From an uncultured Actinomycetota bacterium (GTDB taxonomy: Bacteria > Actinomycetota > Actinomycetes > JAHEKZ01), in contig CAVURN010000001.1 in assembly GCA_963743915.1 (NCBI GenBank), positions 640,001 through 704,000 of the forward strand: DNA of 64,000 nt, in the 5' to 3' direction. The position numbers were made by a program, and so were the translations under genes. This document shows positions 10,653-26,504 of the stretch, one piece after another. Position 1 is the stretch's first letter. Every line of letters begins with the position of its first letter. The notes under the pieces are model-generated. The model worked only from the letters and a program-made list of their open reading frames with translations. It ran no database searches and was not told the DNA's origin.

Positions 10653-10836
10653 CCTCCCGCTCCCTCCCGGCGGCCCCCGAGCAGGCGCTCTGCGCCCCGG
10701 TCGTCGATCGCAGGTGCAGTCTGATTTGTCTCCTTAATCCGGTTGCCGCGGGATTTTCCCCCGCCCGGAGCAGTCAGGGTCCGCCCTCGAGGTGCCGAAG
10801 ACCGTCTGGACAGGTCTCGTCCCTCAAGGAGACGCA

Positions 10837-11622
10837 ATGGTGTCCGGACTCGTCCGGCCGATCGGGCTGCTGGCGCTGGTCATGGCGGCCGTCGTCGGCC
10901 TTGCCGTGCCGCTGGCTCCGATGCCGGACGCCGACGCCGCCGGCTCCCGCTACGAGGTCAGCAACTGGACCGACCCCGACGGCCACACCCACCGGATCCG
11001 CTGGAACCCCTGCCAGACCATCACCTTCGCGGTGAACCCGAAGCTGGCCGGCCGCAGTGCGGCGGCCCGAGCCTCGGCGGTCGAGGACGTACAGCAGGCC
11101 TTCCGGCGGGTGGGCAAACGCGTGGGGATCGACTTCGCCTACGCCGGCCGCACCGACGAGATCCCGCGCGACGGTGCCAGCCAGTCGTGGTCCTCGCGTC
11201 AGAAGGCCGCGGAGATCGTCGTCGCGTGGGTGGACCAGGCCCGTGCAGCCACCCGCTCCAACCTGATCGGCAAGTCGGGTGGGCGCTACCCGTCGGGCGT
11301 CGGCGGCTGGATGATGCGCTGGACTCAGCCGACCAGTACCAGGCGGCCATCGGTCGCGGCTTCGTGGTGCTCAACGCCGACCACAACCGTCTCTACGCGC
11401 GCGGGCTTCGGTTCGGGGACGACGCGTGGCGCTCTGCTCCTGCACGAGATCGGACACGTGATGGGGCTCGGCCACGTGGGCACGACCCGCGAGCTGATGT
11501 ACCCGACGATGCTCGAGCGCGGGAGCAGCAACTACAAGCGTGGTGACCGCACCGGTCTGGCCAAGGTCGGTCGGTCCCTCGGGTGCATCAAGGGCGCCAA
11601 CGACTTCTGGCCGCAGATCTGA
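10837..11622 (+). CDS. secreted matrixin-family (M10-like) zinc metalloprotease
   Basis: Signal peptide, RWNPC, HEIGHVMGLGH, Met-turn LMYP; compensating frameshifts about 11320-11400. Confidence 0.85.
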   Translation: MVSGLVRPIGLLALVMAAVVGLAVPLAPMPDADAAGSRYEVSNWTDPDGHTHRIRWNPCQTITFAVNPKLAGRSAAARASAVEDVQQAFRRVGKRVGIDFAYAGRTDEIPRDGASQSWSSRQKAAEIVVAWVDQARAATRSNLIGKSGGRYPSGVGGWMMRWTQPTSTRRPSVAASWCSTPTTTVSTRAGFGSGTTRGALLLHEIGHVMGLGHVGTTRELMYPTMLERGSSNYKRGDRTGLAKVGRSLGCIKGANDFWPQI

Positions 11623-11635
11623 GCGGTACTCGGCA

Positions 11636-13169
11636 CTAGCCGCGGGCGACCGCGGTGGACATCAGCCCCAGCGGCGGAGACCCGAGCGCTGAGCAAGGCG
11701 TCGTGGAAGCGGCGCAGCGAGAACTCCGACCCCCACTGCCTTCCGTCGCCTGCGCACGGACGTCGAGGATCGAGCCACTTGCCCCATGTGTAGATGCCGT
11801 AGGTCGGGTCGAACGTCCCACGCCGCGCCTCGGATCGGGCGGTGGCCTCGGGCATGAAGGCGTCCGTCATGAACTTGCGCGTCGCCGCATCGACGTCGAG
11901 CGCGCCGGTGTGCAGGCCGATGGCGCACGCCAGCCGCGTGACGCGCACGAGCGCCTCGAGTGCGACGCCGATGCGGAAGCGCGGGTCGTCGGCGTGGAAA
12001 CCCTCCTCGAGCATCAGCTCCTCGCCGTAGTGCGCCCACCCCTCGGCGAAACCCGACCCGATCAGCGTGCGCCGGACAGGGCTCTGGACGCGGCGGAGGG
12101 CCCGGCCGTGGGCGAAGTGTCCCGGCGCCACCTCGTGGGCGGTGATCGCGGCGAGCGCGGTGCTGCTGAACATCGACAGCCACTCCGCCTGCTCGGCCTC
12201 CGGCCATGTCGGCTCCGGCGGCGTGATGTCGTAGTGCGAGGGAGCGTCGGACTCGTCGGGGCCGGCCCAGGCGAGCATCGCGGTGGCCCAGCGCCGCGAC
12301 GGTGGAGCGAGGCCGACCCGGCACTGCGCCGTCGAGGTGGGTGAGCCAGCCGCGCTCGCGGCAGAAGGCGATGACGTCCTCCGTCGTGACGCGGCCGCGA
12401 CCTGGACCACCTCGTCGGCGGAGGGGTGGTCCGCGAGCAGTTCGGTCACCACCTCGACCACCGGCCGGTCGCCGGACGCAGCTGCGCGCAGCCCTCGCGC
12501 AGCATCTCGTGCAGCCGGATCCGCTCGCGCTCCGCGCGTTCGCTCAAGCGCGGCGAGGTCGACGGCGAGCGGCGTCGTCGGCCGCCATGAGACGGGTAGA
12601 GTGCGTGCGCGCCGATGGCGGTCGTCGGGCGAGCCGTCGCTGGCGAGCTGCTGCAGGTGCGCCGACGAGCCTGGCGTGGGCGGTCAGTGCTGCCGGTGTC
12701 CCGGCGTCGTCGTCGGGCAGGCCGTCGGCCAGTCCCGTCACGGCCGGCAGCAGCGCGGTCGCGACCGGAGCGGGCACCGCGTCGAGGGAGCGGCATCGCC
12801 ATGTCGACGGCGTCCGGCCACAGCGCCAGGTGCGCCCGCCGGGCCCTGTCCCGGTCGCTCTCGGGGGCGTACGGCGCGGTCGTAGCAGGCGAGGTCGAGG
12901 TTCTCCAGGTGGATCAGCGGGTTGCGGCGGTGCAGCTGCGAGCTCGCCGTAGCCGGACGCGCGCGGCACGCCTCGAACGCCGCCAGGTGCGCCTCGTCGT
13001 GCGGGTCGTCGAGCGGAGGGCCACCGAGCCGGCCCAGTGCACTGGCTCACGCCCTCGGGCGAGAGGTCCTGGATCTGGCCGTCGTACTCGTGGCGTCCGA
13101 CCTCCTCGCGGAGGGCGGGAACGGTGCAGGTCGAGCACGCGCGCGCAGGTCGGGGGTGGGGGAGTCCAT
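11636..13169 (-). CDS. DUF885 family protein, many frameshifts
   Basis: GRHEYDGQIQDLSPEG N-terminus; HEVAPGH, EGWAHYGEELM, DPTYGIYTWGK, FHDALL..GSPPLG; TACGCT -10 before ATG 13169. Confidence 0.8.
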
Positions 13170-13439
13170 GGCGGGGAGCGTACGTCACGTGCGGGACGAC
13201 GGTCGGGAGCGTCCGGGACGGCGTGTTCCGGTTCGCCGGCCGGACGACCGGACGTCCCGCATGGCACTGCGACTGGGTTCACACTGCCGCCGCTGCGATG
13301 ATTGGATCCAATGTGTCTGGCAGACTGACCCACGAGTCAGTGACACGCCCTGTCCGCTCATCGGCGGGGCAGCTCGCGCACCGTACGGCCCGACCTCACG
13401 GCGGGCACGGGGTCGGTACCAGGAGGTGCGTTCGTCGCC

Positions 13440-14242
13440 GTGAAGATCGTCGTGTGCGTCAAGCAGGTGCCCGATTCCTGGGCGGAGAAGAAGCTCGACC
13501 CGGCCGACAACACCCTCGACCGTGAGGCGGCCGACGCCGTCGTCAACGAGCTCGACGAGTACGCGATCGAGGAGGCGCTGCAGCTCCAGGAGCGCCTCGG
13601 CGGTGCCGACGCCGTGCACCGTGACCGTCCTGACGGTCGGGCCCGGAGAAGGCGATCGAGAGCGTGCGCAAGGGTCTGCAGATGGGCGCCGACGACGGTG
13701 TCCACGTCGTCGACGACGCCCTGCACGGCAGTGACGCCATTGGCCACCTCAGCGGTGCTGGCCGCGGCGGTCGACCGGCTCGCCCCCGACCTCGTCCTCC
13801 TGGGCTCGGAGAGCACCGACGCCCGCATGTCGGTCGTGCCGGCGATGGTCGCCGAGCGCACCGGACGCCCCCAGCTCACCTTCGCGGGCAAGGTCGAGGT
13901 CGACGGCGAGCACCGTCACGCGTCCAGCGGGTCAGACCGACGACGGGTACGACGTCGTCGAGGCGTACGCTGCCCGCGCTGCGTCAGCGTCGTCGAGAAG
14001 ATCAACGAGCCGCGCTACCCGTCGTTCAAGGGGATCATGGCCGCCAAGAAGAAGCCGGTCGAGACGCTCTCGCTCGCCGACCTCGGGGTCGACGCCGGCA
14101 CGCGTCGGGCTGACCGGCTCCTGGAGCGCGGTGCAGGACTTCGCCAGCCCGCCCGCCGCGCGCGGCCGGCACCGTCGTCACCGACGAGGGAGACGGCGGC
14201 ACCAAGCTCGCCGACTTCCTCGCCGCCCAGAAGTTCATCTGA
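13440..14242 (+). CDS. etfB: electron transfer flavoprotein beta subunit, frameshifted
   Basis: MKIVVCVKQVPD, NELDEYAIEEAL, INEPRYPSFKGIMAAKKKP, ends FLAAQKFI. Confidence 0.92.
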
Positions 14243-14270
14243 CCCTCAGCACGCGTCCGGGAGGACCACC

Positions 14271-15230
14271 ATGGCTGAAGTACTCGTGCTCGTCGAGCAC
14301 GCCGGCGGTGACGTCAAGAAGGTCACCTTCGAGCTGCTGACCCTCGCCCGCTCCCTCGGCGAGCCGGCCGCGGTCGCGATCGGTGACGTCTCCGACGACA
14401 CCGTCGCCAGCGCTGGCGCGCCGGCGGCGCCGAGACCGTCTACGTGGCGACCGGCGCCGACTTCGCCGACCACGTGGTCGCCCCGAAGGTCGCGGCGCTG
14501 CAGGCGGCGCTGGCGGCGTCCGGTGCCGCGGTGTCCTGGTGCCGGCCACCGCCGAGGGCAAGGAGATCGCCGGACGGCTCGCGGTCCGCACCGGCTCGGG
14601 CGTCATCACCGACGCCGTCGGCGTCGAGCGACGGCTTCGTCGCCGAGCAGTCGGTCTTCGGTGGCTCGACGCATCGTGCACTCGACCGTCACGACCGGCA
14701 CTCCGATCATCGCGGTGCGGCCCAACAGCACCGCGCCCGAGCCAGTCGCGGTGCCGCCGGCAGACGGGTCGACCTGCGACGTCACCGTCGCCGACGCCGA
14801 CAAGGCAGCGCGGTCACCGAGCGGGTCGCGCAGGAGCGGGCCGGACGTCCGGAGCTGACCGAGGCGGCGATCGTCGTCTCCGGCGGGCGTGGCGTCGGGT
14901 CGCCCGAGGGCTTCGCCGTCGATCGAGGCGCTCGCCGACAGCCTCGGTGCCGCTGTCGGCGCCTCGCGCGCCGCCACCGACGCCGGCTGGTACCCGCACC
15001 AGTTCCAGGTCGGGCAGACCGGCAAGACCGTCTCGCCGCAGCTGTACATGGCCAACGGCATCTCCGGGGCGATCCAGCACCGCGCCGGCATGCAGACCTC
15101 GAAGACGATCGTCGCGGTCAACAAGGACCCGGAGGCGCCGATCTTCGACCTCGTCGACTTCGGCGTCGTCGGCGACCTGCACACCGTGCTGCCGCAGCTG
15201 ACCGAGGAGGTCAGCAAGCGGAAGGGCTGA
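14271..15230 (+). CDS. etfA: electron transfer flavoprotein alpha subunit, frameshifted
   Basis: [46 protein letters not shown]. Confidence 0.92.
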
Positions 15231-15268
15231 CCCGGGCAGCGGCACCAGGCTGACCTAGACTCGTCGCG

Positions 15269-16469
15269 ATGGCCTACCTGGATCACGCGGCGACGACGCC
15301 GATGCTCCCGGCTGCGATCGCGGCCGTCACCAAGGAGCTCGGCGAGGTCGGCAACCCCTCGTCGCTGCACGCCGCCGGGCGACGTGCCCGTCGAGTGGTC
15401 GAGGAGAGCCGCGAGACGATCGCCGCCGCGTTCGGCGCCCGCCCCAGCGAGGTCGTCTTCACCGCGGGTGGCACCGAGGCCGACAACCTGGCGGTCAAGG
15501 GTCTCTACTGGAGTCCGCCAGCAGGACCGCCGTCGGCCGCGCATCCTGGCCAGCTGCGGTCGAGCACCACGCCGTGCTCGACCCGGTGCAGTGGCTCGCC
15601 GACGCACCAGGGCGCCGAGGTCATCTGGCTCGACCGTCGACGCGGTCGGGCGGGTCGACCCGCAGCAGCTCGCACGACGAGATCGCCCGCGACCCCGACT
15701 CGGTCGCCCTGGTCACGCGTGATGTGGGCCAACAACGAGGTCGGCACCGTGCAGCCGGTCACCGAGTGCGTCGCGGCGGCCGCGAGCGTTCGGGGTCCCG
15801 GTCCACTCCGACGCGGTGCAGGCCGCCGGTCACCTCGCCGCTCGACTTCGCGGCGTCGGGTCTGGACGCCCTGACGGTCAGCGGGCACAAGCTCGGCGGC
15901 CCGCTCGGCGTCGGTGCGCTGCTGCTCGCGCCGCTCCGCGTCACCGGTGCCGCTGCTCCACGGCGGCGGCCAGGAGCGCGACGTCCGCTCCGGCACGCTC
16001 GACACCCCCGCGATCGCCGGCTTCGCCGCCGCGGCGGCCGAGTCGACCGAGGACCGTGCCGAGCGCGTCCGAGGCGGTGGCCGCGCTGCGGGACGACCTG
16101 GTGGCGCGGGTGCTCGCGGCAGTTCCCGACGCGGTGCTCAACGGCGACCCGCGCTCGACGATCCCGCGCACCGGCTGCCCGGCAACGCGCACCTCTCGTT
16201 CCCCGGCTGCGAGGGTGACTCGCTGCTCATGCTGCTCGACGCCCGCGGGGTGCACTGCTCCACCGGCTCGGCCTGCTCGGCGGGCGTCGCCGAGCCCAGC
16301 CACGTGCTGCTCGCCATGGGAGCCACCGAGGCGGAGGCGCGCTCGTCGCTGCGGTTCTCGCTCGGGCCACACCTCGACCGAGGCCGACGTCGACGAGCTG
16401 GTCGACGCGATCGGGCCCGTGGTCGAGCGCGCGCGCGCAGCGCGCGCGTCGGCGCCGGCGGAGCGCTGA
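15269..16469 (+). CDS. cysteine desulfurase (IscS-like, MnmA-associated), frameshifted
   Basis: [41 protein letters not shown]. Confidence 0.92.
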
Positions 16470-16481
16470 CAGGGCGGATGC

Positions 16482-17558
16482 GTGCGGGTCCTCGCGGCGC
16501 TCTCCGGTGGCGTCGACTCCGCGGTCGCTGCGGCTCGCGCACGGATGCCGGCCACGACGTCACCGGCGTGCACCTGGCGCTGAGCAGCAACCCGCAGACG
16601 TTCCGCTCCGGGGCCCGCGGCTGCTGCAGCCTCGAGGACTCCCGGGACGCCCGTCGCGTCGCCGACGTGCTCGGCATCCCGTACTACGTCTGGGACCTCG
16701 CCGAGCAGTTCCGCGCCGACGTCGTCGACGACTTCGTCGCCGAGTACGCGGCCGGACGTACGCCGAACCCGTGCCTGCGCTGCAACGAGCGGATCAAGTT
16801 CGCCGCCGTGCTCGACCGGGCCGTCGCGCTCGGCTTCGACGCCGTGTGCACCGGTCACTACGCCCGGGTCGGTCGAGGGTGCCCGATGGCGCCGAGCTGC
16901 ACCGCGCCGTCGACGCAGCCAAGGACCAGTCCTACGTCCTGGCGGTGCTCGAGCAGCGAGCAGCTGGACCGGTCGCTCTTCCCGCTGGGCGACTCGCTGG
17001 AAGTCCGAGGTGCGACGGGAGGCGGCGGAGCGGGGGCTGCTGGTCGCCGACAAGCCGGACAGCCACGACATCTGCTTCATCGCCGACGGCGACACCCAGG
17101 GCTTCCTGGCCGAGCGGCTCGGGGAGCGACCCGGGGTCATCCTCGACGAGCCACGGCAACGTGCTCGGCGAGCACGACGGTGCCTACGCCTTCACCGTCG
17201 GCCAGCGTCGCGGGCTCGGGCTCGACCGTCGCCACGCCTGACCGGTCCCCGCGCTACGTGCTCTCGATCGAGCCCACGACACAGACCGTCGTCGTGGGGT
17301 CGCGTCAGGCGCTCGCCATCGACCAGATCGTCGCCCGGCCCGTGCGCTGGTGCGGCCCCGAGCTCCCGGACCCTGCCGACGTGAGCGTGCAGTTCCGTGC
17401 TCACGGTGAGGCTCTGCCCGCCACGGTGAGCCGGCAGGGGGACGGCGTCCGTGCCCTGCTGGCGACAGCCGGCCGAGGGGGTGGCGCCTGGACAGACGCT
17501 CGTGCTCTACGACGGCACGCGGGTCCGCGGGTCGGCGGCCATCGACGCGACGGCATGA
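16482..17558 (+). CDS. mnmA: tRNA 2-thiouridine(34) synthase, frameshifted
   Basis: [43 protein letters not shown]. Confidence 0.92.
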
Positions 17559-18584
17559 CCGCTGGCCGTGGCGGCGTCCGTCGCGTGCCGACCGCAGTGG
17601 CCACGGGCATCGGATCGGTGCCGGGCGAGGCCGCCCAGGGAGGCTGCGCGCGTGGGTGGTGGACGCCCTGCCCGAGCTCCCGCACCTGCCCGAGCTGCCG
17701 GCCCGGGGTCCCTGGGCGTCGATCACCGGGCGCGCGGCCGGGCTGCTCGTCGACCTGCCCGCTCGAGCTCGAGCTCGAGCGCTGGCGCACGGCATCGGCA
17801 CCGGGACGTGACGTTCGGCGGTCGCGCTCGTTGCTGGCGGAGGACCTCGACGCCTTCGAGGAGGTGCTCCAGGGCTTCACCGGACCGGTGAAGGTGCAGG
17901 TCGTGCGGACCGGTGACGCTGGCGGCGACCGCCGAGCTGCGGGGTGGCGACGCGCTGACGAGCGACCCGGCCGCACTGCGGGACGTCGCGGCCTCCTTGG
18001 CCGAAGGGGTCGGCCAGCACCTGGACGACCTGGTCAAGCGGCTCCCCGGGGTCGCGATCGTGCTGCAGCTGGACGAGCCCGGCGCTGCCCGCCGCCACGG
18101 CGGGGGCGATCCCCCGGCCGAGCGGTTGGGGGGTCCACGCGCCGGTGCCGGGCGAGGTGGCCACCTCCGCGCTGAGCGTCGTCGTCCAGGCGGCCGAGGC
18201 GGCCGGCGCGCCGCACGGTCGTGCACTGCTGCGCCAGTGACCCCGACTGGTCGTGCTGGCCCGGAGCGGCGCGGACACCCTGAGCCTCGACGTGGAGCGC
18301 ACTGGACCTGGCCGCACACGCGACCGAGCTGGGGCAGTGGGTCGACACCGGCCGCTCGCTGTGGGCCGGCGTGGATGCCGTCGACATGGACGGGCGCCCG
18401 CCGCCGACTTCGTGACCTGCGGGGGGTGCTGGGCCTGGCGGCGGATCCGTTCGCGTCGGCGGTCGCGGTGACGCCGCGATGCGGCCAGCCCGGCAGCACC
18501 GTTCCTGTCGTCGCTGCCGCCTACGCTGCGACCAGGGACCTGGCGCGCTGGCTCCAGGACGGCGCTGACGGTCCTGGGCGCTGA
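17555..18584 (+). CDS. single-barrel cobalamin-independent methionine synthase-like protein, frameshifted
   Basis: [36 protein letters not shown]; ATGA overlap with mnmA; conserved position before ligA. Confidence 0.75.
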
Positions 18585-18599
18585 CGGGAGGGTCGATGA

Positions 18600-20818
<2,219 letters not shown>

Positions 20819-20842
20819 TCGGCCGAACTGTGCCGTGGATCA

Positions 20843-20857
20843 GTCACACAGGGTGAG
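20843..20857. promoter_or_regulatory. candidate BldD-type operator
   Basis: GTCACACAGGGTGAG matches NTNACNCWGNGTNAN, just upstream of -10-like TACCCT (20866-20871). Confidence 0.55.
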
Positions 20858-20943
20858 CTACTGGCTACCCTGGACCGGGCTCCGGGGTGAGCGCTTCCGT
20901 CCGAACGGGCCGAGCGCGAAAGGGAGCCGGAGGGTGGTGAGGC

Positions 20944-23048
20944 ATGGCCGACGTCGACGTGCTCGCCGACGACGCCGTTGAACCGGACCGGCCCTCACTC
21001 CTCAGGCCCAGCATGTTCGCCGCCGGTTGGTGGCTGTCCGTCGTCGGTGGTCTGGCCCTGGTCGCGTACGCCGCGACCCAGGCCGTCGCGGGGGTGTCCG
21101 CGGCCGAGCCGGCCTTCTGGATGATCGCCGGCCTGCTCATCCTGTTCGAGCTCAGCCCGGTCATCGTGGGCAGCGGCTACGACAGCCAGGGGGTCGCGAC
21201 GAGCGACGCCTTCGCCTTCGCGATCCTGTACCTCTACGGCCCATGGCCGGCGATCACGCTGATCGCGCTGTCCACGCTGGTCTCCGAGCTGGTCAAGCGC
21301 AAGGCGCTCTGGAAGATCCCCTTCAACATCGGGCAGTTCACGCTGAGCATCGGGTCCGCCGCCCTCGTGATGACGTTGGGCCTCGCTGCCCGGGGTGAGT
21401 CGCTCCCGACGCTCGCCGACCCGTTGACGCAGCCTCACCGCCGGTCGACCTGACATGGATCGTGGCCGGCTGGCTGTCCTTCTTCTTCGTCAACAACACC
21501 CTGTTCTCGATGCTCGCCGATCCCGGTCGCACGTTCGCCGACGACTTCTTCGACGACTTCGTCTACTACTTCTTCTCGACCATGGCCGTCCTGGCGGTGT
21601 CGCCGCTGGTCTTCTTCGTGTCCGTCGAGCCGGTGTTCCTGCCGCTCCTCACCCTGCCGCTCTACGCCGTCCGTAAGACCGCCTCCATCTCGCGGGAGAA
21701 GGAGCACCAGGCGCTGCACGACTCGTTGACCGGGCTGCCGAACCGCAAGATGATCCTGGCCGAGCTGGGGGACCGGCTCGAGTCGGCGCGACGCAGACAG
21801 ACGCACCTCGGCTTCTGCCTGCTCGACCTCGACCGGTTCAAGGAGGTCAACGACACCCTCGGTCACCAGGTGGGGGACCGGCTGCTCGCCGTGGTGGCCC
21901 AGCGGATCCAGGGCGCCTTGCGCCCCAATGACATCGTCGCCCGGCTCGGTGGTGACGAGTTCGCCGTGCTGCTCGATCCGGTCCGGGACCCGGAGGCGGC
22001 GGTCGAGGTGGCGCACCGCATCCGCGAGGCCCTGACCCGGCCCTTCCACGTCGAGGGAATGCTGTTCGAGCTGGAGGCGAGTATCGGGGTCACGGTCTTC
22101 CCCGACCACGGTGAGGACGTCGACCCGATCGTGCGTCGCGCCGACGTCGCCATGTACCTCGCCAAGGAGGAGCGCACCGGCGTCGAGCTGTACGTCGCCG
22201 ACCGCGACCACAACTCGGCCAGCCGGCTGGCACTCCTCGGTGGACTGCGCAGCGCGCTCGAGAACGGCGAGCTGCAGGTGCACTACCAGCCGAAGGTGTC
22301 GCTGTCCTCAGGTGCCGTCGTCGGCGTGGAGGCGCTGCTCCGCTGGCACCACCCCCAGCGTGGGCTCGTGATGCCGGACGAGTTCATTCCGATGGCGGAG
22401 CACTCGGGACTCATGGCACCACTGACCGAGCACGTCATCGACCAGTCGCTGGCGCAGGTCTCGCGCTGGCGGGGGGCGGGGCTCGACGTGCCCGTGGCGG
22501 TCAACGTCTCGATGCGCGACCTGCACGGCCCCGACCTCCTCGGCGTCGTCGCCGGGGCGCTCGAGCGGCACGACCTGCCTGCCTCCATGCTCGTGCTCGA
22601 GCTGACCGAGCGGGTGCTGACCCGCAGCTCCCACGAGGTCACGACGACTCTGAACGCACTACGGCGACTCGGGGTCTCCGCCTCGCTGGACGACTTCGGA
22701 ACCGGCTACTCCTCGATGGTGCTGCTGAAGAAGCTGCCGGTGTCGGAGATCAAGATCGACCGGTCGTTCGTCTCACGACTGACCGCTGATCCGGGCGACG
22801 TGACCATCGTGCGTTCGATCGTCGAGCTCGCCCATGGACTCGGCATGACGGCGGTCGCCGAGGGGGTGGAGTCCGAACAGGTCTGGGACCTTCTGCAGCG
22901 ACTCGACTGCGATGCGGTCCAGGGCTGGTACGTGAGTCGTCCCATGGAGGCCGACAGCGCGACGGCCTGGTTGCTCCGCCACCCCTCGCAGCAGCGGGCG
23001 CTGCGCCTCCTGCGCGGTGGTGCGGCCCAGGCCAGCGGGTCGGCCTGA
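20944..23048 (+). CDS. membrane-bound GGDEF-EAL c-di-GMP enzyme (RmdB-like), frameshift near 21440
   Basis: N-terminal TM helices, DSLTGLPNR, ARLGGDEF, VEALLRW, DDFGTGYSS, AEGVE; syntenic between ligA and gatC. Confidence 0.9.
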
Positions 23049-23131
23049 GCCGGACGCGGCAAGGCCCGCCGAGTCCTGCCCAGCAGCCTCCGTAGGATGA
23101 CGGCGACCTGTTCCCCGATGCCGGGAGACCC

Positions 23132-23430
23132 ATGCCTGCGCTCGACCGTGACGACGTGGCGCACCTGGCGCGCCTGGCGCGTCTGTCGCTCACCGACGAG
23201 GAGCTCGACCACTTCGGCGGTCAGCTCGACGTGATCCTCGGTGCCGTCGCTCGGGTGGCGGAGGTCGCCGCTGATGACGTGCCGCCGACCACGCATGCGG
23301 TACCCGTCCTCAACGTGACGCGGCCGGATGTCGTGACGCCGTCGCTGTCGCGCGAGGAGGCCCTCGCTGCAGCACCGGCCGCCGAGGACGACCGATTCCG
23401 GGTGCCGCGCATCCTCGACGAGGAGGAGCA

Positions 23431-23434
<4 letters not shown>
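23132..23434 (+). CDS. gatC: Asp/Glu-tRNA amidotransferase subunit C
   Basis: [17 protein letters not shown]; first gene of gatCAB. Confidence 0.95.
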
Positions 23435-24959
<1,525 letters not shown>

Positions 24960-24963
<4 letters not shown>

Positions 24964-26487
24964 ACCAGCAGGCTGCCGAGCTGATGCCGTTCGACGAGGC
25001 GATCGCCAGGTTCGACCCGGTCATGGGGCTGGAGGTCCACGTCGAGCTCAACACGCTCACCAAGATGTTCTGCGGCTGCCCCACCGCGTTCGGCGCGCCG
25101 CCGAACACCCAGGTCTGCCCGGTGTGTCTCGGCCTGCCGGGTGCCCTTCCGGTGGTCAACGCCCAGGCGGTGGAGTCGGCGATCCGGATCGGTCTCGCGC
25201 TGGGGTGCTCGATCGCCGACTGGTCGCGCTTCGCCAGGAAGAACTACTTCTACCCCGACATGCCGAAGGACTTCCAGACCTCGCAGTACGACGAGCCGAT
25301 CGCGTACGACGGTGCGCTCGACATCAGTGTGGACACCGACGATGGTCCACGCACGGTGACGGTGGGCATCGAACGGGCTCACATGGAGGAGGACACCGGC
25401 AAGATCTCGCACGTCGGCGGCGCGACCGGTCGCATCCACGGTGCGGACTACTCACTGATCGACTACAACCGTGCCGGCGTCCCGCTGATCGAGATCGTCA
25501 CCAAGCCCATCGAGGTCGAGCCCGCTCTCGCGCCGGCGGTGGCGCGCGCCTACGTCACCGAGCTTCGCGAGCTGATCGTGGCGCTCGGCGTCTCGGACGC
25601 CCACATGCACCAGGGATCCATGCGTGTCGACTCCAACGTCTCGCTGAAGCCCCGAGGTTCGACGACGCTCGGTACCCGCACCGAGACCAAGAACGTCAAC
25701 TCGATCCGTTCGGTCGAGCGGGCCGTGCGCTTCGAGATCCAGCGGCAGGCGGCGGTCCTCGCCGGCGGCGGCACCGTCGTGCAGGAGACCCGGCATTTCC
25801 ACGAGAACGACGGCACCACCACCTCCGGACGGGTCAAGGAGGAGGCCGAGGACTACCGGTACTTCCCCGAGCCCGACCTGACACCGGTCGCGCCGGACTC
25901 GGCTTGGATCGAGCAGCTGCGCACCACGCTGCCCGAGCCTCCCCTGAAGCGACGGGCGCGGATCCGCGAGGAGTGGGGGATCTCGGAGCACGAGATGCAG
26001 TCGGTGATCAACGCCGGTGCGCTCGACCTCGTGGAACGGACGGTGGAGCTGGGCTCCGACTCCGCCACGGCGCGCAAGTGGTGGACCGGTGAGATCGCGC
26101 GCGTGTCGAACGAGCGTGGCGTCGACGTGGCCGAGCTGCCGATCACACCGGCGGACGTTCACCGCATCATCACGTTGACCACCGAGGGGACGCTCAACGA
26201 CAAGCTGGCCCGCCAAGTGATCGACGGTGTGCTGGCCGATGAGGGCACGCCGGACGAGGTCGTCGCGTCGCGCGGGCTCGCGGTGGTCTCCGACGACGGT
26301 GCACTGATCGCCGCCGTCGACGCTGCACTTGCCGCAACAGCCGGAGGTCGCCGACAAGATCCGCGGCGGCAAGGTGCAGGCGGCCGGCGCGATCGTCGGC
26401 GCGGTGATGAAGGCGACCGGTGGCAAGGCGGACGCCGGTCGCGTCCGTGAGCTGATCCTCGAACGCGTCGGTGTCACCGAGGGCTGA
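24960..26487 (+). CDS. gatB: Asp/Glu-tRNA amidotransferase subunit B, frameshift near 26340
   Basis: [26 protein letters not shown]; C-terminus [13 protein letters not shown] continues in another frame to TGA 26487. Confidence 0.95.
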
Positions 26488-26504
26488 GCCGCCCGTCGGA
26501 GCGC

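Noticed and set aside
10690-10830. Riboswitch upstream of the matrixin gene
   Set aside because: No recognisable c-di-AMP, cobalamin, TPP or SAM consensus by eye; an Rfam scan would be needed.
15914-18175. 753-aa ORF as a desulfurase-MnmA-MetE fusion
   Set aside because: It is a patchwork of frames from three adjacent frameshifted genes, each with its own start and stop.
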